Origin: Squalus acanthias
Taxonomy: Eukaryota
Assembly (NCBI GenBank): GCA_030390025.1
Contig: CM059430.1
Location: 153,512,001 to 153,576,000 of the forward strand
Reading direction: 5' to 3'
Length of the DNA stretch: 64,000 bases
Shown here: positions 1 through 10,989 of the stretch, in pieces
Position numbering within the stretch: the stretch's first letter is position 1
Layout of the letters: each line of letters begins with the position of its first letter
The notes under the pieces: model-generated
Databases searched by the model: none
The model's input: the letters and a program-made list of their open reading frames with translations, nothing else
Told to the model about the DNA's origin: nothing
Made by a program: the position numbers and the translations under genes

Positions 1-323
1 TTTTAATTATTGTTGGAGATTTAAAAAAAACCAATTTAAATATTAAAAAAAAACTTATTCTTTCTGTCTCTCTTATCCCTCTCTCTTAATCCCATCTTTC
101 TTTCCTTCGCTTTATTTCATTTTCTGTACATGTATTAACGATTCTAACTGACACTTCCTGGTTCAGAATCTGTGCGGCTCATAAACAATTCTTCAATCTG
201 ATTGGTTAAAGAGGTACACCATTGCTTGCCCTGTTCCCACAGGTCCCAGATTGCCTGTCGGGACAAGTAAGTGTAATGAATGGCTGGCGCCGTTTATTCG
301 CCACTGAGAGCAAAATCCAGCCC
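1..323. mobile_element. Right end of a non-autonomous Harbinger/PIF-type MITE (left part outside window)
   Basis: Ends GCAAAATCCAGCCC followed by AAT, like the other GG..CC-ended MITEs here; internal similarity to 42090-42839 (TTCCTGGTT...AATTCTTCAA..TGATTG). Confidence 0.55.
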
Positions 324-1114
324 AATAAGATTAGATTTTGAAGAGAGAAGCAATCCAAGGATGTGAGAAGTTGGGCAGGTAGGGTTAAATTATCAGAAAG
401 GGATGGTTTATTGGGTCAAATGGCCTTTTCTGTTCTTGAACATTTTCATGGTTTATGCATCAAAGAGGAACAATCTTCATTCGAAAAAATTTTAGCAAAT
501 CATTTTGCTTGTCTATCAACGCATGATATGATCATGAAAATCAGGTCAAAATGTGGCAGTACATTAATGTGATTTCATTATAACAAAAAGTGACATGCCA
601 GTTTTGGCTGTCCAAACAGAAAATAAGTTTGGTTTCAAGACAATAACCCTATAAACCTTCCAGGATTGATAAGGGATTTTAAATATTTTCTAAAGCTTAG
701 TCTTTTAAACTCTGATATATATATATATATGTGGGCTCAAAATTCTTGTTAGTGTAAAACGGGAGAATACCTGATTTTCCCACTTGTAAAATCATGGGAA
801 CATGTGGCTTTGAAACATGGGATTTCTGAAAATGCAATTTTGTTGAAAAAGGAGTTTTGCTCCTTATGTCATAGACTCTATTGAGTTTTTTTGACGTAGG
901 AGGCAAATGACATTAACAATACAAATCAAATATAACTGAAACCCTCTTTGGCTGTTGACATAAACGCAACTTTTGATCAACTTTTTCATGTTGTTCAATC
1001 TGTCATTTTGACAGTTTTCTCACTGGTGGTTAGGTTCAATTCTTTAGGGATTTTTTAAAGTTCAAGTGGAATGATTTCTTTAGTATGCAGCTCATCGCCT
1101 CAGCAGCCAGAGAC

Positions 1115-2192
1115 TTAGATTGCCAAATCATCTGATCTGGTCCGGTTGCTCTGTTTGCTGGTTTCACTATTCCTTCTCTCGTCAGTCGCGGAAATGTGGC
1201 TGTTGGGTAGTGCACTTATCTCTTCCAGTCTCCCCTGCTTGTCATCCATCATGGCAAAGTTGTCTCTGTTTTGCTTAGGTTGCCACATTGCCGTTGTAAG
1301 GATGGCACACAGAGTCCGTTTCTGCCAGCGGGGAGACGTTGAAGCCCGACTCCATCTTGTAGAGCTGTGGCCCGTTGTTGTTGGTGAAGTACTGGTAACT
1401 AGGGGCGCAGGGCCCCAACCTCTCACTGGGCAGTACGCCATTCTGCTTACAGGTGGCCTTTGAGGCTTGGCTGTCCCTGGTCCTCTCTCTACATTTCTTG
1501 AGTCCCAGATGGCATACTTCAATTAGGTTCAAAAGTAGTGACAGGCAAGCCATAACCAGCATGAATATAATGAAAATAGTCTTCTCAGTCGGGCGGGATA
1601 TGTAACAGTCGACGGTGTTAGGGCAAGGCCAGTAGTTACACTTGTAAAGAGGCTTCAGCTCAAAGCCGTAGAGATAGTACTGGGCCAATATGAAACCGAC
1701 TTCAAAGAGGGTTTTAAAAATGATATTAAACAAATAAGTGCGTAGAAGGACGCCTTGCATTCTAACTTTACCGTTTTCGTCCAGGGTCTGGCTTTTGATG
1801 TTCTTGGCATTCTGCACCAACGCCTCCTTGTCTCCGGGTGGATACCTGCTCAGCTTCTCTTTCTCCTTCTGCTTCTGTTTTTCCTCCATCCGCACCAAGT
1901 GAAAGATGTGGCCCAGGTAGACCAGCGTAGGGGTAGACACGAAGACGATCTGCAGCACCCAGAAGCGGATGTGGGAGATGGGGAAGATCCTGTCGTAGCA
2001 GACATTCTGACAGCCGGGCTGCTTGGTGTCGCAGGTGAAGAAGGACTGCTCGTCTCCCCAGACTTTCTCGGTGGCCGTCCCCAGCACCAGGATACGGAAA
2101 ATGAACAGGCATGTGAGCCACACCTTCCCTACCACGGTGGAGTGCTCCTGGGCACTTTCCAGCAGGTTCCCCAACAAACTCCAGTCTCCCAT
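1115..2192 (-). CDS. Gap junction alpha connexin (GJA3/Cx46-like subgroup, probably Cx39.9/GJA2-type), single coding exon with an apparent 1-bp frameshift near 1277
   Basis: ORF 1275-2192 starts [24 protein letters not shown] and has connexin Cys loops ([14 protein letters not shown]; [20 protein letters not shown]). The connexin tail (KQNRDNFAM...[14 protein letters not shown]) continues in another frame to 1115. Repaired length is 358 aa. Confidence 0.93.
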
Positions 2193-2209
2193 TCTTTCCT
2201 GCTTTCAGC

Positions 2210-2250
2210 CTAACAGGGAGGTGGGGGGAAGAAGAGAAAAAAAAGTCAGT
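2210..2250 (-). promoter_or_regulatory. 3' splice acceptor of the connexin coding exon
   Basis: Minus strand reads CTGAC (branch-like), TTTTTTTTCTCTTCTTCCCCCCACCTCCCTGTTAG|GCTGAAAGCAGGAAAGAATG, an acceptor 17 nt before the ATG, as is typical of connexin genes. Confidence 0.8.
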
Positions 2251-2402
2251 ATGTTTGGTATTCCATCTCAGTTTTGTTAGATTACATTGTTTTATATAGT
2301 ATTGACCCCCATATTGGTCACCCCCCCCCCATCTTCTCCAGCTCACGCGAAAAATGAAACCCCCCTGAACAACACAAAAGATACAAACTTACAATTCCAA
2401 AT

Positions 2403-2500
2403 GGTTGTGATGAAAGATCATTGACCTGAAACGTTAACTCTGTTTCTCTCTCCACAGATGCTGCCAGATAGGCTGAGTATTTCCAGCATTTTCTGTTTTT
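2403..2500 (+). mobile_element. Short PLE (family A) 3'-end fragment with degenerate hammerhead
   Basis: GGTT-GTGATGA-AAGATCATTGACCT-GAAACGTT-AACT...CCACAGATGCTGCC, the reverse complement of 3218-3316; core C mutated to G. Confidence 0.75.
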
Positions 2501-2639
2501 AATTCTAAACATAGCTTTATTTTTAATAACTTATTGGGAACCAGACAATGAACAAAAATAAAATTCAGCCTCCAACTTTAAAAAAAACAAAATACTGCAG
2601 CACGTTCTGATAGTGTTCTACCTTCTTTTCAGAAAAGCT

Positions 2640-2930
2640 GAACAAGAAGGTTGTGGGCATAAAAGGACACCAACAGGAGGGAGAGGGGGGCAGAATGGTT
2701 AAGGCAAGGTTGAAGAGAATTTTTAAGGATGTTTTTAAAAGCACAGAGAGAGGTGGTAAAAGTGGAGGTGTTTAGGAAGAGAGTTCGAAAGAAAAATGGC
2801 ATAATGACTGAAAGAACGATGGTGATGTGGAAACAGTGTCCGAATGAGGATTAAGAGGCAGAGGGATGCGTACAGCGATGTCCAGTTGGAGGAGATCACT
2901 GAGGTGGGGTGGAATGAGCCTGGCTAAATT
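2640..2930 (-). mobile_element. Degenerate L2-like LINE 3' fragment
   Basis: Resembles the reverse complement of the L2 3' region at 18800-19060 (GGAGGTGTTTAGGAAGAGAGTTC; TTTTTAAGGATGTTTTTAAA). Confidence 0.4.
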
Positions 2931-3279
2931 CACGGGCAGCTGCACAATTATTCTTATATCTTTGTCAACTCACGGTTTTACTTTAAGGACATCCGATGAA
3001 TTAGGGCTGATGTCCCAAGGGCAGAAGTGTCCGAGTGTTTTGTCTTCTCGGGCAACTTATGTCCATATGATGCAGCCTCGCAGGCTATATATAAAGTTTA
3101 AATCTATGTCCCTTGCATTTGCATATAGCTCAAAATGCTGATGTTAACAAATCTTGGTGTTCTGATTTAGGATTTATCCACTAATGAGGAACAGTGCAGG
3201 GTACAGATCTTTTCAACTAAAAACAGAAGCTGCTGGAAATACTCAGCAGGTCAGGCAGCATCTGTGGAGAGAGAAACAG

Positions 3280-3316
3280 AGTTAACGTTTCAGGGCGATA
3301 ACCTTTCGTCAGAACT
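3280..3316 (-). ncRNA. Minimal type I hammerhead ribozyme motif (PLE family A)
   Basis: Minus strand: AGTT-CTGACGA-A-AGG(TTATCGC)CCT-GAAA-CG-TT-AACT; stem I AGTT/AACT, palindromic stem III ACGT. Confidence 0.8.
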
Positions 3317-5924
3317 GGAAAAAGTTAGAGATGTAACAGATTTAAGCAAGTACAGAGGCAGGGAAAGGGAGGAGGGGAGGAAAGAACAAAAAGGAAGGTC
3401 TATGATAGGGTGGAAGGCAGGAGAGATTAAATGACATAAGGGATAATGGTGCATGGCAAAAGGGGGAGGTAATGGGACAAGTAAAGAAACAAAGATGGGT
3501 CTAGAGGTGTAAATGGGAATATCAGAATCATCACCAGCTGCCGTCCGATATAATGGGGGAAGAGGTTATGATCTGAAATTGTTGAACCCAATGTAGAGTC
3601 CAGAAGGCTGTAAAGTGCCTAATAGAAACATGAGGTGCTGTTCCTTGAGCTTCATTGGAACAGTGTAGGAGGCCAAGGACAGAGAGGTCAAAGAGGGAGT
3701 GGAGCGGAGAATTAAAATGACAGGCGACCGGAAGCTCGGGGTCACTCTTGTGGACTGAACAGAGGTGTTCCGCAAAGCGATCACCCAATCTGCATTTGGT
3801 CTCCCCAATGTAGAGGAGACCGCATCGTGAGCAGCGAATACAGTATACTAAATTGCAAGAAGTACAAGTAAATCACTGTTTCACCTGGAAGGAGTGTTTG
3901 GGGCCCTGGACGGTGGGAAGGGAGGAGGTGAAAGGGCAGGTGTTGCATCTCCTGCGCTTGCACGGGACGGTACCGTGGGAAGGGAAAGGGGTGTTGGGGT
4001 GATAGAGGAGTGGACCAGGGTGTTGCGGAGGGAACGGTCCCTTCGGAATGCTGAAAGAGGAGAGATGGGAAGATGTGTTTGGAGGTGGCGGAAATGGCAG
4101 AGGATGATCCGTTGAATGTGGAGGCTGGTGGGGTGGAAGGTGAGGACAAGGGGAACCCTATCGTGGTTCCGGGAGGGAGGGGAAGGGGTGAGAGCAGAAG
4201 TGCGGGAAATGGAACAGACACGGTCGAGGGCCGTGTCAACCAGGGTGAAGGGGAATCCTCGGTTGAGGAAAAAGAAAGACATATCGGAAGCACTGGTATG
4301 GAAGGTGGCATCATTGGAACAGATGCGACGGAGATGGAGAAACTGGGAGAATGGAATAGAGTCCTTTACAAGAAGTGGGGTGGGAGGAAGCATAGTCAAA
4401 ATAGCTGTCGGAGTCAGTGGGCTTATAGTGGATATTGGTCGATAGCCTATCCCCAGAAATGGAGACAGAGAAGTTGAGGAAGGGAAGAGTCGGAGATGGA
4501 CCATGTGAAGGCGAGGGAAGGGTAGAAATTGGAAGCAAAGTTGATGACATTTTCCAGTTCGGGGCGAGAGCAGGAAACAACTTCAATGTATCGGGAAAAG
4601 AGGTGAGGGAGGGGACCTGAGTAGGAATGGAACAAAAAATGTTCCACATATCCCACGAAAAGGCAGGCATAGCTAGGACCCATACGGTTTCCCTTTTACT
4701 TGGAGGAAGTGAGTGGAGTCAAAGGAGAAGTTGTTCAATTTGAGAACCAGTTCAGCCAGGCGGAGGAGGGTGGTGGTGGATGGGGACTGGTTGGGCCTCC
4801 GTTCCAGGAAGAAGCAGAGAGCCCACAGGCCGTCCTGGTGGGGGATGGTGCTGTAGGGAGATTAGACATCCATGGTGAAAAGGAGACGGTTAGGGCCAGG
4901 AAACTGGAAACTATTAAAGTAGCAGAGGGTGTCGGAAGAGTCACGGATGTAGGTAGGAAGAGACTGGACAAGGGGAGAAAAAATAGAGTCGAGATAGGAA
5001 GAAATCAATTCCGTGGGACAAGCAAAGGCTGAAATGATGGGTCCACCAGGGCAGTCCTGTTTGTGGATCTTAGGAAGTAGGTAGAAGCGGGCTGTGCGGG
5101 GTTGGGGGACTATGAGGTTGGAGATCGTGGAGGGAAGATCTCCAGAGGAGATGAGGTCAGTGACAGTCTTGAAAGCGATTGCATGATATTCGGTGGTGGG
5201 GCCATGCTCCAGGGGGAGGTAGGAGGAGCTGTCCGAAAGTTAGCGTTCAGCCTCCACAAGGTAGAGGTTGGTTTGCCAAACAACAACAGCATCACCATTG
5301 TCAGCAGGTTTAATGACAAGGTTAGGGTTGGAGCTGAGAGAACCGAGTGCTGCAAGTTCAGAGGGAGGTAGGATAGAGTGAGCGAGGGGAGCAGAGAAAC
5401 TGAGATGACCGATGTCATGTCGACAGTTCACAATGAAAAGATCTAGTTCACAATGAAAAGATCTAGAGGGTGAGAGGCCAGATGGAAGAGTCCAGGTAGA
5501 ACAAGAATTCTGAAGATGGGAGAAAGGGTGCGCTGTGCGGGGGGAAGACTCCTGGCCAAAGAAGTGGGCGTGGAGGTGGAGGCGATGGAAGAAGAGCTCA
5601 GCGTCGTGCCAAGCTCGAAATTCATTGCGGTGGGGGCGTAAGGGGGTGAAGCTGAGGCCTTTGCTGAGGACTGATTGTTCGGGGTCAGAGAGGGGAAGGT
5701 CAGAGGGGATAGTGAAAACATGGCAAAGGGAGAGATTGAAAGAAGGGATAGGGTCTGAGGAAAGTGAAGGGGGAGAAGGTTCCGGAGGGGTGTTAATATC
5801 CAAGAGTTGTTGAAGCTTGTGATCCTTGACACCTGAACGGAAGAAAAAAAGTATTTTGTTCAAGCGCCGGATGAGGCGAAGGATGAAATGGAACTGCGGA
5901 TCAGGACAGCTTTGAGATCGAGTG

Positions 5925-6230
5925 GGCAACACGGTGGCATAGTGGTTAGCACTGTTACCTCACAGCGCCAGGGACCCGGGTTCGAATCCGGCCTCGGATG
6001 ACTGTCTGTGTGGAGTTTGCACATTCTCCCCGTGTCTGCGTGGGTTTCCTCCGGGTGCTCCGGTTTCCTCCCACAGTCCAAAGATGTGCGGGTTAGGTTG
6101 ATTTGGCTATGATAAATTGATCCTTAGTGTTAGGGGGATTAAATATGCGGGGATAGGGTGAGATATGTGTCAGTGCAGGCTCGATGGGCTGAAATGGCCT
6201 CTATCTGCATTGTGGGGATTCTGTGATTCT
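5925..6230 (+). mobile_element. tRNA-derived V-SINE (HE1-like)
   Basis: Pol III A box (TGGCATAGTGG), B box (GGTTCGAATCC), V-domain-like GTGTGGAGTTTGCACATTCTCCCCGTGTCTGCGTGGGTTTCCTCCGGGTGCTCCGGTTTCCTCCCACAGTCCAAAG, CR1-like tail; second copy at 20601. Confidence 0.88.
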
Positions 6231-6235
6231 GAGTT

Positions 6236-7530
6236 TGTGAAGGAATAAGCCATATAACCTATTCAGAAAAATACACCATTCTATGAAAGAATTCTGGCCT
6301 TATTAAAACATGACAAACTGGGTTTGGAAATCTGGAAGCCTCAACAATCTAAAGCTGTGATAGCTTTCTGGCTATAGAGATAAGATAGTTGTTGACACTG
6401 AATCAATAACCTTATTGAAACAGAAGGTTAAAGGCTCCCGACAGTCTGAACACCTGTATAAGGTGTTCTAATTTACACTTCGTAAAGAGGCACAAACATT
6501 TGCCTTAAGTAAAAATGACATCAAATAAAATGCACCTGCTGTTACACCGTTTTTTATGGTAAGCTTGGAACACCTAGAGGAGAGACATGATTCTGCATTA
6601 CTACCAGCTGAGGTGACTAAGAATTGCATAGATCACCCTGGTTAAGATGTTCTAATTTACACTTCGTAAAGAGGCACAAACAGAAGGCCTTAGTAAAAAT
6701 GACATCAAATAAAATGCACCTGCTGTTACACCGTTTTTTATGGTAAGCTTAGAATACCTAGAGGAGAGACATGATTCTGTATTGCTACCAGCTGAGGTGA
6801 CTGTAAGAATTGCAGAAGTCAGCAGAAAAATGACTGGAGATAATTAGCTTACATCAGCAGAAAACCTTAAAGGGAATACCACTGGAAAAGGGTATAAATA
6901 TTGAACTTTCAAATGGGATGATAGATTCGCTGTAAAGGGGCAAAGCGATTCTCGGCTTCAGAGACAGCTCTGTAAGTCTACAACTCTTTGTATCTTGGGG
7001 ATCAAAGGTACTGTATTTGATTTTGGTGGATATCCTGAATAAGACTAAGAACTGTAAAACTGTAGCAAAGTTAAGATTTGAGAATAAGGATCTCTGATAA
7101 GATTGTAAAGCTTTCTCTTTTTGGAACTGTTAATGTTGCGATTGACTCACCAACTGTAAAATACATGTCGGTTCTTTAATAAATCTATATATTTTTAGAA
7201 TTGTCTCACATAATACTTCTGTATCAAACTCGCGAACTCAATCTCTGTACGTTCTTTGGTGAGGAGTTGCAGAATTCTGGGAGAGTTTTCTGGACCCTCA
7301 TAATATCCGGAACGTTACAGTCTAGCTAAACTTATTAAAAGTGCTATCTGGAGGACGGTAACATTTTCAGGTTGTTCCTTTCCTTTAGGGAGAGATAGTC
7401 CGGACCTTTAGACCCAATTAAGCGTCTTTAGGATTCGGCTACCTCAAACTTTAGTTGAAAGTGAATGTCTGAGGAATATGCCTGATCCGGGGTAGCCTTA
7501 AAGGGGCTAGGACTAGTAATTATCCCTTCA
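6236..7530 (+). mobile_element. Solo LTR (1295 bp)
   Basis: TG...CA termini (TGTGAAGG...CCCTTCA), 4-bp TSD AGTT on both sides, TATAAATA at ~6893, AATAAA at ~7178, internal ~185-bp tandem duplication; the host PLE resumes after it. Confidence 0.75.
6461..6813 (+). repeat. ~185-bp tandem duplication inside the LTR U3-like region
   Basis: TGTTCTAATTTACACTTCGTAAAGAGGCACAAACA...GAGGTGACT..AAGAATTGCA occurs at ~6464 and ~6648. Confidence 0.9.
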
Positions 7531-8449
7531 AGTTGATGCTGCTGAAGAGAGAGGTCAAGAGCGCGCACGTGATGGTGCATGGCGTTGAGTGTGGATCTCA
7601 GGATGCGGCGAGAGCAGTGGTTTGAGGAACGCTGAATATCTTGGGAGATATCTGTAATCATGGGCGGATCCGAAACATGAAGGGTGGAATTTCAGTTGGA
7701 ATCCACATGGAATAAGTCAGAGCTGGAGACAGTTGCTGAGGAAAGAGATGTGGCTGTGAAAGCGAGTTTGGTAGATACTTGCTCAAATGTTCAGGTTCAT
7801 GAAATTCAAATAGGGCAACCAGTAAGTAAAAGTTATTAGCGTAAATAAAACTGAGTCACTGGCTTTGTGGGGCAGATTACCACTGCTCAAAAGGTCATAA
7901 ATGGTACATAGGTTGTAGTTTGGACAGCCCTGCCCTAGGGCAAGGCAGATATCTCCAGGTAAGTCTAATGGCTCTAAGATAGGATGAAAGCCATGTCTAT
8001 GAAAATCATACAATAATTAGCATACCTCCTTTCTGTGATTCCACTTAGAACTGAAATGGTTGGATTTATTCAATGTACAGAATAAAAAATTTGAAAACTT
8101 TATAAATAATGAATAAATAATTTAAAAAACAACTGAACAAAAAAATTGTTATAAAACATGGTAAAAAGAACAATTTCCTGGTCCATTTTGGACAGCACTT
8201 GTTTCTGGGCATTTTCTGTAACACCCACACTCATTCCACAAAATGGACATGAGGTGAATTGATGCCCCGTATTCTATTTAACAGTGTGATTTACATACTT
8301 TTCTTCTATATTATTACATGGTAGGGAGGAAAATGTAAGATGTGCATATGTTTAGAATTGCACACATCTAAGCCCCTGTTAGTGTGTGTATAAATCCAGG
8401 CGAATTTGGAAAGACGGAATGGGTAGCACAGCTTCCGCCAAATACCTAA

Positions 8450-8653
8450 ATGAGAAGTCGCACAACACCAGGTTATAGTCCAACAGTTTTATTTGAAATC
8501 ACGAGCTTTCGGAGCGCTGCTCCTTCGTCAGGTAGGAAGGAGCAGCGCTCCGAAAGCTCGTGATTTCAAATAAAACTGTTGGACTATAACCTGGTGTTGT
8601 GCGACTTCTAATGTTTGTCCACCCCAGTCCAACACCGGCATCTCCGCATCATG
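8450..8653 (+). mobile_element. Foldback mini-PLE (family B) with hammerhead
   Basis: 74-bp inverted arms 8453-8526 / 8536-8609 plus a ~44-bp tail ending CATCATG; TSD GCCAAATA(C/T)CTAA at 8437-8449 and 8654-8666. Confidence 0.9.
8499..8534 (-). ncRNA. Hammerhead ribozyme motif (family B), short stem I
   Basis: Minus strand: TAC-CTGACGA-A-GGAGC(AGC)GCTCC-GAAA-GC-TC-GTGA. Confidence 0.7.
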
Positions 8654-9629
8654 GCCAAATATCTAAGCAGCTTTTCAAATTAATTTTTGTTGAAAAGTAC
8701 CCTTCACTGCAACACTTCAAAAATAAATAGGTAAAACTGCAGAATTTTGAAATTTAAAGTACAAAAGGTCATGTAAACCATGGAGCTGCAATCATAGAAA
8801 CTGGTGGAGACAAACGTAGGACAGCAGCAAGATACAGCCTCTGGTGTGGAGAGATAACAGACCTTACCCAAACCAGATGACAGCAAAATTCATTTCAGTG
8901 ACAATCAGAGAAAGCCATCTTAAATGATTCAGAACAGAGACACAGCAATCAGGTAAAGTAGGCTGAAAACATTCATTTATGACCTTTCATGCCAATGTTT
9001 GGTTATTTTCATATTTTTGGTTGGCATATTAAAGCTGACATGAAGAAAAAACACATCCGTATTAGTGGTACTTTGAATTATTATTCTTAGACATGAGGGG
9101 TCTTTATTTTGCTTTTGTGATGTGATTATAATTCACTGGTAATTACTGAAGAAAGCAGTTCTATGAGAAACAGATGCTGCTGAAACCTGCCAACCTGGGA
9201 CTCCGTGCAAGAGAACCTCAAAAACCTTGATCTTCAGTGCTAGGATCAGCATTATTCCAAGAGGCATGCTGCAGTAACGTTTTCGAATCACTTCAAACTG
9301 CCATAGAACATGGGCACAAGTTCACAACAGAATTCTTCGCACACTGAGCTTTTGATCCCACGTGTGCTGTCGTGAAGATGTATTGGTGAGCACAGGCTCT
9401 TCTCCCGCAGAAGAGAAGTTAAATTACAGGGAGTCATTCCACTGGGTTGCTCTTGTACATCTCCTGGTAATTGATTTCTGAACAACATTAGCAGATACCC
9501 AGGGGCAGATCACCCATCTGCCCTCAAATATGTGACACAAGGAGACTCAAGACAGGGAAACCAAAACAAGCATCATAAAAGAAGAGAATTTTTGCCCTTC
9601 GAAATGTAATTAAAATAAGAGTATGCATG

Positions 9630-10010
9630 GCTTCTTAGATGGCTCAGCAAATTTATCCAGTGTGTAGCTGAGCATAGGGACCAGGAAAGGTCCCAATTTC
9701 CATTCCCATCTGTGGTGAGTTAGCTGATCTCAGCCAAATGGCAGTAAGGTAATTACAATTGATCTCACTATCTCTGAATGAAAGATGGGGAAATCATCCA
9801 GTGTCCTGCTCCTGATTGCTATCCAATGACTCCTTCTGGGAGTGTAGCAGTGAGAACAGGATTGAATTTGGCTATGATCCCATTCCTCTTGTTACAGTCA
9901 AAGAGCCTGCCAACACTCCCTGTCAAGGTGCATTTATGAATAATGGCCACTTGGAGGGCAACTAGCAGCCATAGAATGCTAACCCAGCAAGGAGAGAATG
10001 GGAAGGGAGA
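9630..10010 (+). mobile_element. Old tRNA-derived SINE family copy
   Basis: Shares TGGCTCAG and GAGTTAGCTGATCTCAGC blocks with diverged copies at ~13760-14105 (-), ~23995-24400 (+) and ~40790-41170 (+). Confidence 0.55.
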
Positions 10011-10989
10011 AAATATGCACGTCCACCCTGTACAGTCATCTTTCTGCGACTGCAAAACGGCTGAATTTAAATCCTAATCTCAGTTTGGAATCGAGCTCAG
10101 ATTTGTATTAGAGATAAAGTGGACAAAGAAATATTTGCAGCTAGGACTATCCTCCCTAGAGGAGATGTCTATGAACCATACTCTTCTTCCCTTCTCTTCA
10201 AGTGAGAAGTGTATTTGGACTTGACCACCTTATCCTCCAGAACAAGCACAGATGCTGTGAATAGGGTTGGCTAATTTATGGGCAGAATATAGAAATAAAT
10301 AAAATATTTAAAATAAATGGGCTTATTTAGTCAGTGACAAGTGAAAGGATAAAAATTCAAAAGCTCTTCTTTGGTCAGATACATGAAAACAGAACAGCCC
10401 AACAACACTGGGAAGGGAGTATTACCATCTCATTTTAATGAGCAGATGACTTATAAATGGATAAAGCTAAAGGAAAGAAAAAAAATACATTTAAATTTAA
10501 AGATAAACAGAACATCTGGAGCACAGCTCACAAAGCAGTGAAAAATGGGATTGAGTCCAACTGAAAAATCATAACTACATGGCAATCTTAAAGACCCTTG
10601 GAACTGTAGTCATGAATATTGTAGAACATGCATTTTTACTAAAATACACATTATATACATGTAAGTTGTTAAGATGAGTGCCTGATATATTGAAGCAGGA
10701 AAGTAAGGAGCAAAGGTACAATATTACTGCATGATTCAAGAACTGTACCAGTGCTACTGGTTGTGGTTTTGGAAAAAAACTCAACAACTGAGTTAGAAAT
10801 ACATGAACTTGTATAAGACAATTAAATTTTATTGCCTTTGAGAAACAGGTTTTATCAACCAGACATCATAAAAACCTCAAAAAAGTTCCTGAAAGTACAG
10901 ATGAAAGTACTTGCCGAATGAGGTAGTTTAATGTAAATGTGAAATTCTTCGCTCACTCTGTTGAATGCCATTCAGAAATGCAGCAGGTG

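Larger units (their letters stand above)
3218..7783 (-). mobile_element. Penelope-like retroelement family A, degenerate, interrupted by a SINE and a solo LTR
   Basis: Frameshifted ORF pieces with PLE motifs: VLSKGLSF, LVIKPADNGDAVVVW, MGPSYACLFVGYVE, IHYKPTDSDSYFDY, DSIPFSQFLHLRRICS, DRFAEHL..PVACHFN (GIY-YIG C-terminus). The N-terminal part resumes at 7531-7783. Confidence 0.9.

Noticed and set aside
1146-2346. Overlapping alternative ORFs around the connexin
   Set aside because: Shadow frames of the real CDS; only the 3' end of ORF 1115-1522 is meaningful.
5426-5466. 20-bp tandem duplication (also 16-bp repeat at ~51987-52026, TA runs at ~715 and ~48900, poly-G 22429, poly-C 56363)
   Set aside because: Ordinary slippage or simple repeats.
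5930-6000. tRNA gene (A/B boxes; also 20601, 28255, 34178)
   Set aside because: These are SINE heads followed by SINE body and tail.
8453-8609. Hairpins (also 29 kb and 63.3 kb) as miRNA precursors or TIR MITEs
   Set aside because: The arms are PLE 3'-end sequence with an asymmetric tail and variable 12-16 bp TSDs, which points to retrotransposition.
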